Part shown: positions 41,001 to 49,682 of the stretch, piece after piece
How positions within the stretch are numbered: position 1 is the first letter of the stretch
Layout of the letters: the number at the start of each line of letters is the position of its first letter
Assembly (NCBI GenBank): GCA_963796455.1
Contig: CAWCLO010000006.1
Coordinates: 156,087-220,086 of the forward strand
Reading direction: 5' to 3'
Origin: Candidatus Sulfomarinibacteraceae bacterium
GTDB taxonomy: Bacteria > Acidobacteriota > Thermoanaerobaculia > Thermoanaerobaculales > Sulfomarinibacteraceae
DNA: 64,000 bases
The notes under the pieces: model-generated
Databases searched by the model: none
What the model was told of the DNA's origin: nothing
What the model saw: the letters and a program-made list of their open reading frames with translations, nothing else
Translations under genes and position numbers: made by a program

Positions 41001-41094
41001 GTACGAGCTCCACCAGAAGTACGACTGTCAGGCAGAATGATCGAGAAGCAACCGAGGCAGCCGAGGTTCGATTGCTTGCCGTGGGGGCGTTCAT
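38080..41094 (-). CDS. Large (1004 aa) N-terminally membrane-anchored hypothetical protein
   Basis: ATG 41094 behind AAGGGGGTG. TM helix FCLTVVLLVELVLVLWI. No HExxH or other catalytic motif found. FN3-like stretch (VRYWQTPANTWQVEWDE...YVFTVSVIDEFGNES). Charged helix ERARIRRLPTATDHERSQKREAQEDQKFMEE. Intact 3-kb frame. Confidence 0.7.
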   Translation of the reverse strand: MNAPTASNRTSAASVASRSFCLTVVLLVELVLVLWINPKWFDRMAFWRGPRYEPHITLVDNPEAWARWAEEQSTTGERSEPQPPGERVDFDFGRVATHYEPASGAELAFSETASLKVPPGAIGIATEISMTPLLRVSDEMAAPFAGPAVDLRIGDREHYTFQRPVTLTLPYEGLSDGDLPAIACWENGRWVAFPSRIDREKKTITAELPHASVAAPIAAIPTPALVPQIAGSTLNLAAAAGAGTSVAWPVGVAGLAAVGAVAGTSTGRAQVYSAAWWVTSGLEYETPRGNFKIHYVTTGKHAVPDDKAFREAGVTFGGKNTPDGHPLYVRYLGELLEDCLTGFNKMGLDVPVVKIIRHDVFVQGIGHWFGATQLGGPLFVSSELISLAARARVPADEIIRYAAARELTNVALDEHFSALTARYSGWFIDLMAAYVAFHYWEDQGRPLKRLLPTSVVKGGVIPQWPMDAGGLVIDPYFVFPRWLDQGFGTRAGLKFLVAAAESWLGHFVELEDLDAAGRKTLKGGNRGLADLFTEFALDFFHNEFWKGHGRSPGMVPGYHTGAFQPVLMEALSLTDKKFINVSIGLPGTSWHFVNPWASHEFGVEEKHGRRHLPHLSAEAVYMSVGEFPETQKAKLVVRFESNEPVSPDLALYMGKDECIGFAPYPGRPDPMEKIPLAPDKLPILVIDQVGQESHPDCVTVVAVNRSLEESVRGVNVQRWLLVPPENVRYWQTPANTWQVEWDEVALKNYPEVWREYQVFRKLAGQPNSAFSRVDRTRLESYDYDPGMPSTDDYVFTVSVIDEFGNESHPAPVPNRDPFVGDWSGFVRETHGLYLTKSMVQVRSIYNEQVDQERARIRRLPTATDHERSQKREAQEDQKFMEELGGELIKGVEEVAPALGKLIRSPGLPAKFSIRRFDGEYYLTVKSVALMPVSDPMLADIPLKPSGFRSLTLKSREAGLLSEVQLFSPRESFINSPADIVRSLDDPKTGTDYEFRFSWIFARKD

Positions 41095-41171
41095 GACAGC
41101 ACCCCCTTCATGGTGAGCACAATGAGCACGAAAAGAGCAAAGTCGATGGCCAACCAGGTCTGGAGGCCGAT

Positions 41172-41796
41172 TCAGGGCCACCCTCCGCGACCGACCCGGC
41201 CGCCGGCGTCAGCAATCCGCCGAGCCCCCATGTGCGCCTCGACAAAACCGACAACCCAGGGGATGACGAGCGGGCTGAAGACCAACAGCAGGAATCCAAG
41301 GAAAGGCTTTCCGTTGTATGACTGACCGGCCCCCGGAACCAGGATCCCCGAGAATAACGCCACCACCGGGCTGTGGCGGCGCGCTCCGGGTGCCAGTTCG
41401 ACGACCGGTGGAGGAGCCTCTTTTCTTGGCGTCGGCGCGGCTTGTTTCTTCGGAGGCGGGGTCATCTTTGGTTTCGGCTTGGGGGGCTGTTTTGACTCGA
41501 CACGGGCATCCGACGAAGAGGAACCGCAGGAACTGCAAAACCGGGCGTCCGAATCGAGCTTGGTTCCGCACGATCCACAGACCAGAGTCTGGATCGGCAA
41601 CGGCCCGGCCTCGAGAATCCTCTCGGCTCCGCATTTGGAACAGAATCTCTTGCCCTTTGGAATCTCAGCGCCGCAATCGCTGCAGGTGGGCCTCGGTGAC
41701 CTTGGGGCAGGCCTTTCCGAGAGCCCCCCCACACGTGGTGCAGAAACGCGTTTCCAGTCGGTTTCGGTGCCCACACTCGCCGCAGGTAGTACTCAT
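41172..41796 (-). pseudogene. Triple zinc-ribbon protein with C-terminal TM domain; frame broken at a 7-nt homopolymer
   Basis: ATG 41796 behind AAAGGAGG. Zinc ribbons CGECG..FCTTCG / CSDCG..FCSKCG / CGSCG..FCSSCG. Removing one base from C7 (41724-41730, G7 on the coding strand) gives one continuous 207-aa ORF ending at 41172. Confidence 0.7.
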
Positions 41797-41828
41797 CGAC
41801 CTGCGCCTCCTTTGGCTGATTGAGCGAG

Positions 41829-41858
41829 ATTGTACAGGCACCGGATCTTTTTTGGGAA
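41829..41858 (-). promoter_or_regulatory. Candidate sigma70-like promoter for the zinc-ribbon / 1004-aa gene pair
   Basis: On the minus strand: TTCCCA, 18-nt spacer, TACAAT, about 30 nt upstream of the ATG at 41796. Confidence 0.3.
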
Positions 41859-41916
41859 TACGTTGTCTCAATACGCTGAGTGATTATCAGGACGAGACGC
41901 AACAGGCGATCGTGAT

Positions 41917-42429
41917 TCAGGGACCGGTGTTCCCGTCGTCCGTCACATCCACCGCCACCGCGTAGCAGAGTTCACGATCCGGATCCACGATCGCGGTCCA
42001 CTCGAAAACTATGTAGCTTCCATCAGCAGCCAGGTGTCGATTTCGAAATCCCCGGGTCTGCTCGCCGGCCACCAGCTGTTCCATCACGTACATGGTCTCG
42101 AGGTGGTCTGCCGGATGTACGCGATCCAAAAACGAGCTCTCGAGAATTTCCTGCTCCGAGTAGCCGAGGGTGTCGCAGAGCTTTTGGTTGACCCGCAGAA
42201 ATCTACCTTCGACCAGGTCCGCGATCACGAACATCACCAGCGTCTGGTCAAAAAAGCCCTCGATGATTTGTGCTGCCTCGGGCACAAGGGCTGCGTCCTC
42301 GACGCGAATGCCGAGTAGTTTTTCCAACTCGATCACCCGTGCTCGAAGAGCTCGGACATCATCAGTGAGGATGGGGTCGATAATCTGGGCCTTTCTCTCC
42401 TCGGGCCGAAGTTCGTTTACTTTACCCAA
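41917..42429 (-). CDS. PAS domain protein with N-terminal coiled segment
   Basis: PAS core FFDQTLVMFVIADLVEGRFLRVNQKLCDTLGYSEQEILESSFLDRVHPAD...FRNRHLAADGSYIVFEWTA. TTG start with no clear RBS. Confidence 0.7.
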   Translation of the reverse strand: MGKVNELRPEERKAQIIDPILTDDVRALRARVIELEKLLGIRVEDAALVPEAAQIIEGFFDQTLVMFVIADLVEGRFLRVNQKLCDTLGYSEQEILESSFLDRVHPADHLETMYVMEQLVAGEQTRGFRNRHLAADGSYIVFEWTAIVDPDRELCYAVAVDVTDDGNTGP

Positions 42430-42621
42430 TGTATGTTCTGAAATCCACTATTGGGAGTTGGATGCCAATCAACTTCAGTATTCGAGTCAAAACGAATCTG
42501 ATGCCGGACTTTTCATAGGGTCCCAGGTGGAAACTTCGGGGGTGCTAGAATCTGAGTCACACTATCAGACTCATCGCGACTCACAGCAATAGCCGGGGGG
42601 GTTCCGGCAGAAGGAGCAAAG

Positions 42622-45600
42622 ATGTCGAAACAACGATTTGTTATCGTTCTTGCCGTTCTTTCAATGATTGCCGCTGCACCCGGGCTCGGGGCCCAGGACC
42701 TGATCATCACCGGTGTGATCGACGGCCCGCTCAGCGGAGGAATTCCGAAGGCAGTCGAATTCTACGCCGTGAATGCCATTCCCGATCTCTCGATCTACGG
42801 CTTCGGTTCGGCCAACAACGGTGGCGCGGGTGGAGTCCAAGAGTTCACATTCCCTTCATTGAGTGTCAGTTCCGAGGCCTTCATCTATGTCGCAAGCGAA
42901 ACGACTGGATTCACCACGTTTTTTGGATTTGGACCGGACTCCACGAGCAGCGCCGCAAACATCAACGGTGACGACGCCATTGAGCTTTTCCAGAACGGAT
43001 CGGTGGTCGACGTTTTCGGAGAGGTCGGCGTCGACGGAACCGGACAACCCTGGGAGTACACGGACGGCTGGGCCTACAGGGTTGATGGAACGGGCCCCGA
43101 TGGAACGACGTTTGTCCTTGGTAACTGGTCGTTCAGCGGGCCCAATGCACTCGATGGTGAGACCACCAACGACACGGCCGCAGTACCATTCCCGATCGGC
43201 ACATATGTTGCCGGGTCTCCTCCCCCGCCCGCCGCACCGGATCTGCTCTTGACTGAACTCGTTGTCACCCCGACCGGTGGCGAGTTCATCGAGATCCACA
43301 ATCCCACAGCACAGAACATCGATCTGTCGGATGTTTATCTGACCGACGCCACCTTTGCCGGCGGCAACACCTTCTACTACAACATCGTGACCGGCAGTAA
43401 TGCCGGCGGCGGCGGATTCGGGGATTTCCACGCCCGCTTCCCCGATGGCTCCTCCATCGGCCCCGGTGCCTACCAGACTGTGTCGCTCGCCGGCTCTGAT
43501 GACTTCTTCGCAGAGTTCAGCAGCAATCCCGACTACGAACTTTATGAGGACGGAACACCGGACGCCATTCCCGACATGCGTGAAGCCCTGCCAGGGTCGA
43601 TCAACGGCCAGGGCGGTCTGACCAACAACGGCGAAGTGGTCATCCTCTATACCTGGGATGGACTGTCCGATCTGGTGGCCGATATCGACTATGCGGTATG
43701 GGGCGACAAGGCGGAAGCCGTCGACAAGACCGGAATCTCCATCGACGGGCCCGACGCCGATTCCGACACCTCGACCTATTTGGACGACACGGCCATCCCG
43801 TCGCAAGACGTTGTTGATGTGGGAGGTCATGCGATTGGAACATCCTTCCAGCGGGTCGATCTCGCCGAAGGTACCGAGACCCAGACCGGCGGCAACGGTC
43901 TCACCGGTTCCGACGAGACCTCTGAAAACCTCTCGGCAACCTGGTCCACGGACACGACTCCCACCCCGGGCGGTGCCTATGTCCCGCCGACCCCGCCGAC
44001 CGTATGGATCATCAACGAGATCCACGCTGACCCGGCGGGCGATATCAGCGGCGACGCCAACAATGACGGCGAACGCGATGGCTCTGATGACGAGTTCGTC
44101 GAGATCATCAATGTCAGTGGTTCGGTGGCGGACATCTCCGGTTGGACCCTCGCCGACGGCTTCGGCGTCCGTCACGTCTTCCCGGCTGGAACGATCGTCG
44201 AGAACCAATGCGGCGTCGTGGTTTTTGGCGGCGGCGTCCCGACCGGACCCTTCGGCGGAGTCGTTGTGCAAACGGCATCGGGTGGATCATTGGGTTTCAA
44301 TAACTCGGGCGACACCGTCACACTCAACAATGGATCGGCCGATGTCGCCGTCGCTTCCTACGGTGGCGAAGGCAGCGACAACCAATCCCTGACCCTCGAC
44401 CCCGATCTCACCGGCGCACCCTGGACCAAGCACAGCATCGCCACCGGCTCCGGCGGCTCGCTCTTTTCGCCCGGAACCCTGGTTGACGGCTCACAATTCG
44501 GCGGCTGTCCCTTCGTGGGGGTCGAGTATCGCGAGATCTTCGAGATCCAGGGCAACGGTCTCGTTTCACCCTATGTGGGTCAGACGGTGTTGACCGAGGA
44601 CAACGCGGTCACCGCCCTGGCCCCCGATGGTTTCTTCATGCAGACTCCGGCAGGCCGAAGCGATGGCGATGTGGACACCTCCGACGGCATTTTCGTTTTC
44701 ACCGCCGGCGCGCCGACCGTGGCGGTCGGTGACCGGGTCGATGTCACCGGTGTGGTGGCCGAATTTTTCTTTTTCACCGAGCTCAACTCGCCGACGGTGA
44801 CCATCGTGGGTGCCGGTTCGGTGCCCGGCGCGGTCGCATTCAATGCAGCTGTTCCGACACCCGATCCGGCCTTCCCATCGTGCGCCATCGAGTTCGAGTG
44901 CTACGAGGGCATGAAGATCGACGTGGCCAATGGGACGGTCACCGGCCCCAACCAGCGTTTTGGCACCGATCCCATCGCGGAAGCCCACATCGTCACCTAC
45001 TCCGAACGCGCCTTCCGTGAGCCCGGCGTCGAGTTCCCGGGACTCGGGATGCCACCCATCCCGACCTGGGACAGCAACCCGGAGGTATTTGAACTCGATC
45101 CCGACAAACTGGGTCTGCCGAACCAGATCCTGCCGGGAGGTTCCACCTTCTCGGCCACCGGTGTGCTCGGCTACGAGTTCGGCGGCTATGAATTGTGGCC
45201 CACCGAACTCACAGTCGATCCGGTCACTCTGCCCCGGATGGTCTGGCCGCGCGAAATCGGAGAGTTCACGGTTGGAAGCCTCAATCTCTACCGGCTCTTT
45301 GACGACGTCGACGACCCCATCGACGATCAGGGACGAAATGATGCGGTGGTCTCCACCGCCGAGTACACGACCCGTTTGGTGAAGCTTTCGGCCCACATCC
45401 GCTTGGTGCTTGATGCACCGGATGTTTTGGCAGTTCAAGAAGCAGAAAAACTCGGCGTCCTCGAGGATCTGGCGGACCAGATCGCATTCGACGATCCGAG
45501 CATCTCCTACCGCGCCTATCTCGTTGAGGGCAATGACGTCGGGACGATCGACATCGGTTTCATGGTCCGTGATGGTGTCAACGTCGACACCATCACCCAA

Positions 45601-46527
45601 CTCGGCAAGGACGAGATCTTTACCTTTGATGGATCGCTACTCCACGACCGTCCGCCCCTGCTCCTCGAGGGCAGCTGTCAGCTCGAATTCGGTACATCGC
45701 CGATCGCGGTACTCGGTGTTCACAATCGATCCCTGAGCGGGATCGACGATCCATCGGACGGCGAACGGGTCCGGCTGAAACGCTACACACAGGCGGAGTC
45801 CATCGCGATGATGGTGCAGGACCTCCAGATCACCGACCCCGACATTCCGTTGGCCGTGGTCGGAGATTTCAACGCCTTTGAGTTCACCGATGGTTATGTG
45901 GATTCGGTGGGTATCATCAAGGGTGACTTCGTGCCGGCTGAAAGCCTGATCTGCTCAACCGAACCGTGTGCGGATTTGGTGGATCCGGACCTCACAAACC
46001 AGGTGCTCAACCTGCTACCCGACGAACGCTACTCGTTCATATTCCAAGGCAGCGCCCAGGCCCTCGACCACGTGCTCACGAGCGAAGGCCTCGACCCCGA
46101 AGTCACCGCCCTCGCCTTCGGACGCGGCAACGCCGACGCAGCGGTCGAGTTGCGCAGCGACGACACCAGCGCCGCAACCCTACCGCTTCGCGCATCCGAC
46201 CACGATGGCCTGGTGCTTTACCTGCTCAAGGACGAGGATGGAGATGGGGTGCCCGACGCAAGCGACTACTGCCCCGGGACGACCGTTCCCGAATCGGTGC
46301 CCACGGTACGCCTCGGCACGAACCGATGGGCGCTGGTGGATGACGATGGGTATTTCGACACCAAGACGCCCAACAGCAAACCACCGAAGCGGTGCTACTC
46401 GCTGCAGGACACGGCAGGCTGCTCGTGTGAGCAGATCATCGAAGCCCTTCACCTCGGCAAGGGACACGAGAAGTTCGGCTGCAGCAACGGCGTGATGGAT
46501 CACTGGGTCGAAGTCGTCCAGCACTGA
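42622..46527 (+). CDS. ExeM/NucH-type extracellular endonuclease (lamin-tail domains + endonuclease/exonuclease/phosphatase domain)
   Basis: Signal peptide. Two LTD-like modules (LLLTELVVTPTGGEFIEIHNPT; WIINEIHADPAGD...DEFVEIINVSG). EEP motifs (FTVGSLNLYRLFD ... ASDHDGLVLYL). C-terminal DEDGDGVPDASDYCPG Ca-binding-like motif. GAAGGAG RBS. Confidence 0.9.
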   Translation: MSKQRFVIVLAVLSMIAAAPGLGAQDLIITGVIDGPLSGGIPKAVEFYAVNAIPDLSIYGFGSANNGGAGGVQEFTFPSLSVSSEAFIYVASETTGFTTFFGFGPDSTSSAANINGDDAIELFQNGSVVDVFGEVGVDGTGQPWEYTDGWAYRVDGTGPDGTTFVLGNWSFSGPNALDGETTNDTAAVPFPIGTYVAGSPPPPAAPDLLLTELVVTPTGGEFIEIHNPTAQNIDLSDVYLTDATFAGGNTFYYNIVTGSNAGGGGFGDFHARFPDGSSIGPGAYQTVSLAGSDDFFAEFSSNPDYELYEDGTPDAIPDMREALPGSINGQGGLTNNGEVVILYTWDGLSDLVADIDYAVWGDKAEAVDKTGISIDGPDADSDTSTYLDDTAIPSQDVVDVGGHAIGTSFQRVDLAEGTETQTGGNGLTGSDETSENLSATWSTDTTPTPGGAYVPPTPPTVWIINEIHADPAGDISGDANNDGERDGSDDEFVEIINVSGSVADISGWTLADGFGVRHVFPAGTIVENQCGVVVFGGGVPTGPFGGVVVQTASGGSLGFNNSGDTVTLNNGSADVAVASYGGEGSDNQSLTLDPDLTGAPWTKHSIATGSGGSLFSPGTLVDGSQFGGCPFVGVEYREIFEIQGNGLVSPYVGQTVLTEDNAVTALAPDGFFMQTPAGRSDGDVDTSDGIFVFTAGAPTVAVGDRVDVTGVVAEFFFFTELNSPTVTIVGAGSVPGAVAFNAAVPTPDPAFPSCAIEFECYEGMKIDVANGTVTGPNQRFGTDPIAEAHIVTYSERAFREPGVEFPGLGMPPIPTWDSNPEVFELDPDKLGLPNQILPGGSTFSATGVLGYEFGGYELWPTELTVDPVTLPRMVWPREIGEFTVGSLNLYRLFDDVDDPIDDQGRNDAVVSTAEYTTRLVKLSAHIRLVLDAPDVLAVQEAEKLGVLEDLADQIAFDDPSISYRAYLVEGNDVGTIDIGFMVRDGVNVDTITQLGKDEIFTFDGSLLHDRPPLLLEGSCQLEFGTSPIAVLGVHNRSLSGIDDPSDGERVRLKRYTQAESIAMMVQDLQITDPDIPLAVVGDFNAFEFTDGYVDSVGIIKGDFVPAESLICSTEPCADLVDPDLTNQVLNLLPDERYSFIFQGSAQALDHVLTSEGLDPEVTALAFGRGNADAAVELRSDDTSAATLPLRASDHDGLVLYLLKDEDGDGVPDASDYCPGTTVPESVPTVRLGTNRWALVDDDGYFDTKTPNSKPPKRCYSLQDTAGCSCEQIIEALHLGKGHEKFGCSNGVMDHWVEVVQH

Positions 46528-46556
46528 TCGCCAAAAAACATTGCCGGCAACATTCC

Positions 46557-46590
46557 GGAGGCGCGCGATGATCGCGCGCCTCCTTTTTTT
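46557..46590 (+). terminator. Rho-independent terminator of the nuclease gene
   Basis: 13-bp perfect stem GGAGGCGCGCGAT / ATCGCGCGCCTCC followed by T7. Confidence 0.9.
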
Positions 46591-46643
46591 GCCCGATTCA
46601 GTCCTGCATCTTTTTCAATATTTCCACCGCGTTCATGTTGCCG

Positions 46644-46865
46644 GGGTCGCTCGGCATCGTGCAGCGCCTGCCAATCGACAGGATTGATCTCAAAGAGGGC
46701 CCAACGATCACCAAATGTCTGCCAGACGGATTCGAAGATCTCCTCCGGCGAAGCCTCGGTCGCTTCAACCGGGGGCAGAAAACCGGCAGGACCAAAATGA
46801 CGAAGGCCGCACAATACAAAGCCACTCTCTGCTTTGAAGACTCCCCGGTTGTTCCCGAATACCAT
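46644..46865 (-). pseudogene. Possible remnant of a peptidase-S41-like gene (N-terminal fragment only)
   Basis: EEIFESVWQTFGDRWALFEINPVDWQALHDAERP resembles the conserved N-terminal helix region of S41 tail-specific proteases. The frame then runs into the nuclease terminator with no peptidase domain. Confidence 0.3.
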
Positions 46866-47015
46866 GGTTGAAATCCACGACCGCCAGGATCCCTGCAAAC
46901 GGACTCGACATTTCGACGACACCCGTTGGATCAGTGTGATGTGGAATAATGTCCACACTCGATACAGATCGCGGCCGAAATCCGGTGACCGCGAAACAGC
47001 AGGGAGAAGTACCAG

Positions 47016-49577
47016 ATGAGCGAGGACCCGAAAGACCCACCTTCAGGCGAAGAGCGGGTGGACACCGATCAGCAGGAAGAAGATCTCGACAGGACGCTCT
47101 CGCTGGCCGAGCCCACGGAGCCTTATAACGCAGCCACACTCGGCGATGAAGACGCCGCAGGTCGAGCAACCCAAACGGTCCAACCCGAATCGATCGCGGG
47201 CTACCGGATCATCGGCAAGCTGGGTCAGGGCGGAATGGGCGTCGTGTGGGAGGCAGAACAGGAGCGGCCCACACGGCGGGTCGCCCTCAAGGTCCTGCGC
47301 CAGGACCACCAGGTCGACGAATACCACGCCCGCATGTTTCAACGCGAAGTGGAGATCCTGGCACGCCTCAAACACCCCAACATCGGTGCCATCTATGAAT
47401 CGGGCCACACCGATGACGGGCGCGACTACTTCGCCATGGAATTGGTCCGAGGCAAAACCCTTGCGGAGTGGCTCGACAGCCGCCCGCCGCTGGTCGATTC
47501 CGACGAACTCGGACTCAGGCTGCGTCTCTTTCTGACCATCAGCGATGCTGTCCACTACGCTCACCAGCGGGGAGTCATCCACCGCGACATCAAGCCCTCG
47601 AATATCGTTGTCAGCGATGAACAAAGCTCCGACAGCCACAGCGCAACCGGTTCCGGACACCCGATGGTCAAGATCCTCGACTTCGGGCTCGCCCGCCTGA
47701 CGGATGTGGATGTCCAGGCAACCGCAGTCTCCGAAATCGGGCTGATCAAGGGAACGCTGCAATACATGAGCCCCGAGCAGGCCCGGGGCGATATGGACGC
47801 CATCGACATCCGAACCGATGTCTATGCTCTCGGCGTTATTCTTTACGAGATCCTCACCACCCGCCGGCCATACGACGTTTCTCCCGCAGCGGTCGCCGAG
47901 GCGGTTCGGGTGATCTGCCAGGACGCACCAAAACCCCTTCGCCAGAGTTGGAGCGGCGCCCGCAAGCTTGATGCGGACCTCGAGACCATCGTCGGCAAGG
48001 CCCTGGAAAAGGAGGCCGACCGGCGCTACGCCTCGGCCGCCGCCATGGCCGACGACATCGAACGCCACCTGGCCTCGCAACCGATCGAGGCCCGTCCCCC
48101 AAGTGCCCTCTATCAGCTTCGGAAATTTGCCGGACGTAATCAGGCGCTGGTCGCCTTTGCCGCCGCCGCGGTGCTGACCCTGATTGTTTTTGCCGTCACC
48201 ATGACCGTTCAGGCCAAACGTATTCGCCAGGAGGCCCAACGGGCCAACCGCGAAGCGGCCGCAGCACGTGAGGTCTCGGAGTTCATGATCGGTCTTTTCG
48301 ATCGCTCGGATCCGACCCTGACGCAAGGCAATGATCTGTCGGCCCGCGATGTGCTCGATACCGGAGCTGAACGCATCGAGAAGCTCAGACACCAACCCCA
48401 GACCCAGGCCGCGTTCATGGAGACCATGGGTCGTGTCTTCACCGTTCTCGGTGATTTTGAACGCGCCGAGCCCTTGCTCGACCGGGCGGTCGACATCCGG
48501 ACCGAGTTCGCTGAAGACGATGAGATCGCACTCGCCGACAGCCTCCACCACCAGGCCAACGTGCTCGACCAGACCGGTCGCTACGATGAAGCGGAAGTCG
48601 CGATCCGACGGGCGGTGGAGATCCGCGAACGAAAGCTGGGCGACGACCCCAGCGTGGCTTCCTGTCTCAACGTTCTCGGCAACGTTCTCTGGCATCAGGG
48701 ACGTCTGGACGAGGCCGAGGTGGTGCACCGGAAGGCCCTGGCCATCCGCGAACAGGCACTGCCGGCGGATGATCCGAAGATTGCCCAAAGCCTCCACAAC
48801 CTCGGGGCGCTGCGCTACTTCGCTGCCGATTACGTCGAAGCCGAGCGTCTCTACCGCCGGTCGATCGAGATCGAAGAAGCAGCCTTCGGCCGCGACAACC
48901 ACAACCTGGCAACCAGCCTCCACACCCTCGCCATCGTCTACCAGGACCAGGACCGTTTTGAAGAGGCCCTGGACCTCGAACGGCAATCGCTTGCAATCAG
49001 GGAAAAGGTGCTCGGTCCTGACCATCCACACGTTGCTCTGAGCTTGACCACCCTCGGAAATATCTACCGCGCCACCGGCCGGGCCGAGGAAGCCGAAACA
49101 CTGATCCGTCGCGCCATCGTGATCTCCGATGCCTCCTATGGACCCGATCATGGCGAGACGTGGTGGATGCGGCGTAGTCTCGCTCGAACCTTGATCGCGC
49201 TCGAAAAATACGCGGCCACCGAAAGAGAGCTTGCGATCCTTACTGAACTCGTGAAATCTTCCGATGACCCGACGGAGGAGGCAGGGGTCCTCGAGATCTA
49301 TGGCGAACTCTATCTGGCGCAGGGTCAGTACGAGATTTCCGAGGACCACTACCGCCGCGCCATCACGATCCTGGCCGCTGACTCACCGGGAAGTCCCTGG
49401 GTCGGATACACGATGGCCGGTCTGGCGAGGGTCTACCGCGAGGCCGACCGTATCGATGAAGCCGGGACCACCTTCAACCGAGCCATCGAACTCATGGGGG
49501 CGGGCTGGGGCACCGACGATCCCGACTATCGCCGGGCGACCGAAGAACTGGCTGAATTGGAGTCAAGATCCCGGTAA
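47016..49577 (+). CDS. Ser/Thr protein kinase with TM helix and C-terminal TPR repeats (intact)
   Basis: GKLGQGGMGVVWEAEQ, VALKVL, HRDIKPSNIVV, DFGLAR, GTLQYMSPEQ, then TM ALVAFAAAAVLTLIVFAV and >8 TPR-like repeats. Confidence 0.9.
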   Translation: MSEDPKDPPSGEERVDTDQQEEDLDRTLSLAEPTEPYNAATLGDEDAAGRATQTVQPESIAGYRIIGKLGQGGMGVVWEAEQERPTRRVALKVLRQDHQVDEYHARMFQREVEILARLKHPNIGAIYESGHTDDGRDYFAMELVRGKTLAEWLDSRPPLVDSDELGLRLRLFLTISDAVHYAHQRGVIHRDIKPSNIVVSDEQSSDSHSATGSGHPMVKILDFGLARLTDVDVQATAVSEIGLIKGTLQYMSPEQARGDMDAIDIRTDVYALGVILYEILTTRRPYDVSPAAVAEAVRVICQDAPKPLRQSWSGARKLDADLETIVGKALEKEADRRYASAAAMADDIERHLASQPIEARPPSALYQLRKFAGRNQALVAFAAAAVLTLIVFAVTMTVQAKRIRQEAQRANREAAAAREVSEFMIGLFDRSDPTLTQGNDLSARDVLDTGAERIEKLRHQPQTQAAFMETMGRVFTVLGDFERAEPLLDRAVDIRTEFAEDDEIALADSLHHQANVLDQTGRYDEAEVAIRRAVEIRERKLGDDPSVASCLNVLGNVLWHQGRLDEAEVVHRKALAIREQALPADDPKIAQSLHNLGALRYFAADYVEAERLYRRSIEIEEAAFGRDNHNLATSLHTLAIVYQDQDRFEEALDLERQSLAIREKVLGPDHPHVALSLTTLGNIYRATGRAEEAETLIRRAIVISDASYGPDHGETWWMRRSLARTLIALEKYAATERELAILTELVKSSDDPTEEAGVLEIYGELYLAQGQYEISEDHYRRAITILAADSPGSPWVGYTMAGLARVYREADRIDEAGTTFNRAIELMGAGWGTDDPDYRRATEELAELESRSR

Positions 49578-49682
49578 AACAGTCGCCGCTGTTTCAATTT
49601 CAAACATCAGTGGATCTGAAAACCTGTTCAAGCGGCTCAAATCCTGGCATCGACCTTGCTCTAGTCCTCTATGGAGGCGCAG

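Noticed and set aside
42856-45600. Two long minus-strand ORFs (42856..44271 and 44566..45600) inside the nuclease gene
   Set aside because: They are antisense shadows of a 1301-aa gene with clear LTD and EEP motifs. Neither has an RBS or start context.
47043-49349. 768-aa ORF on the minus strand, antisense to the intact Ser/Thr kinase
   Set aside because: It has no recognisable motif and is rich in Arg/Gly/Val/Asp, as expected for a shadow frame in GC-rich DNA. The sense strand encodes a complete kinase-TM-TPR protein.
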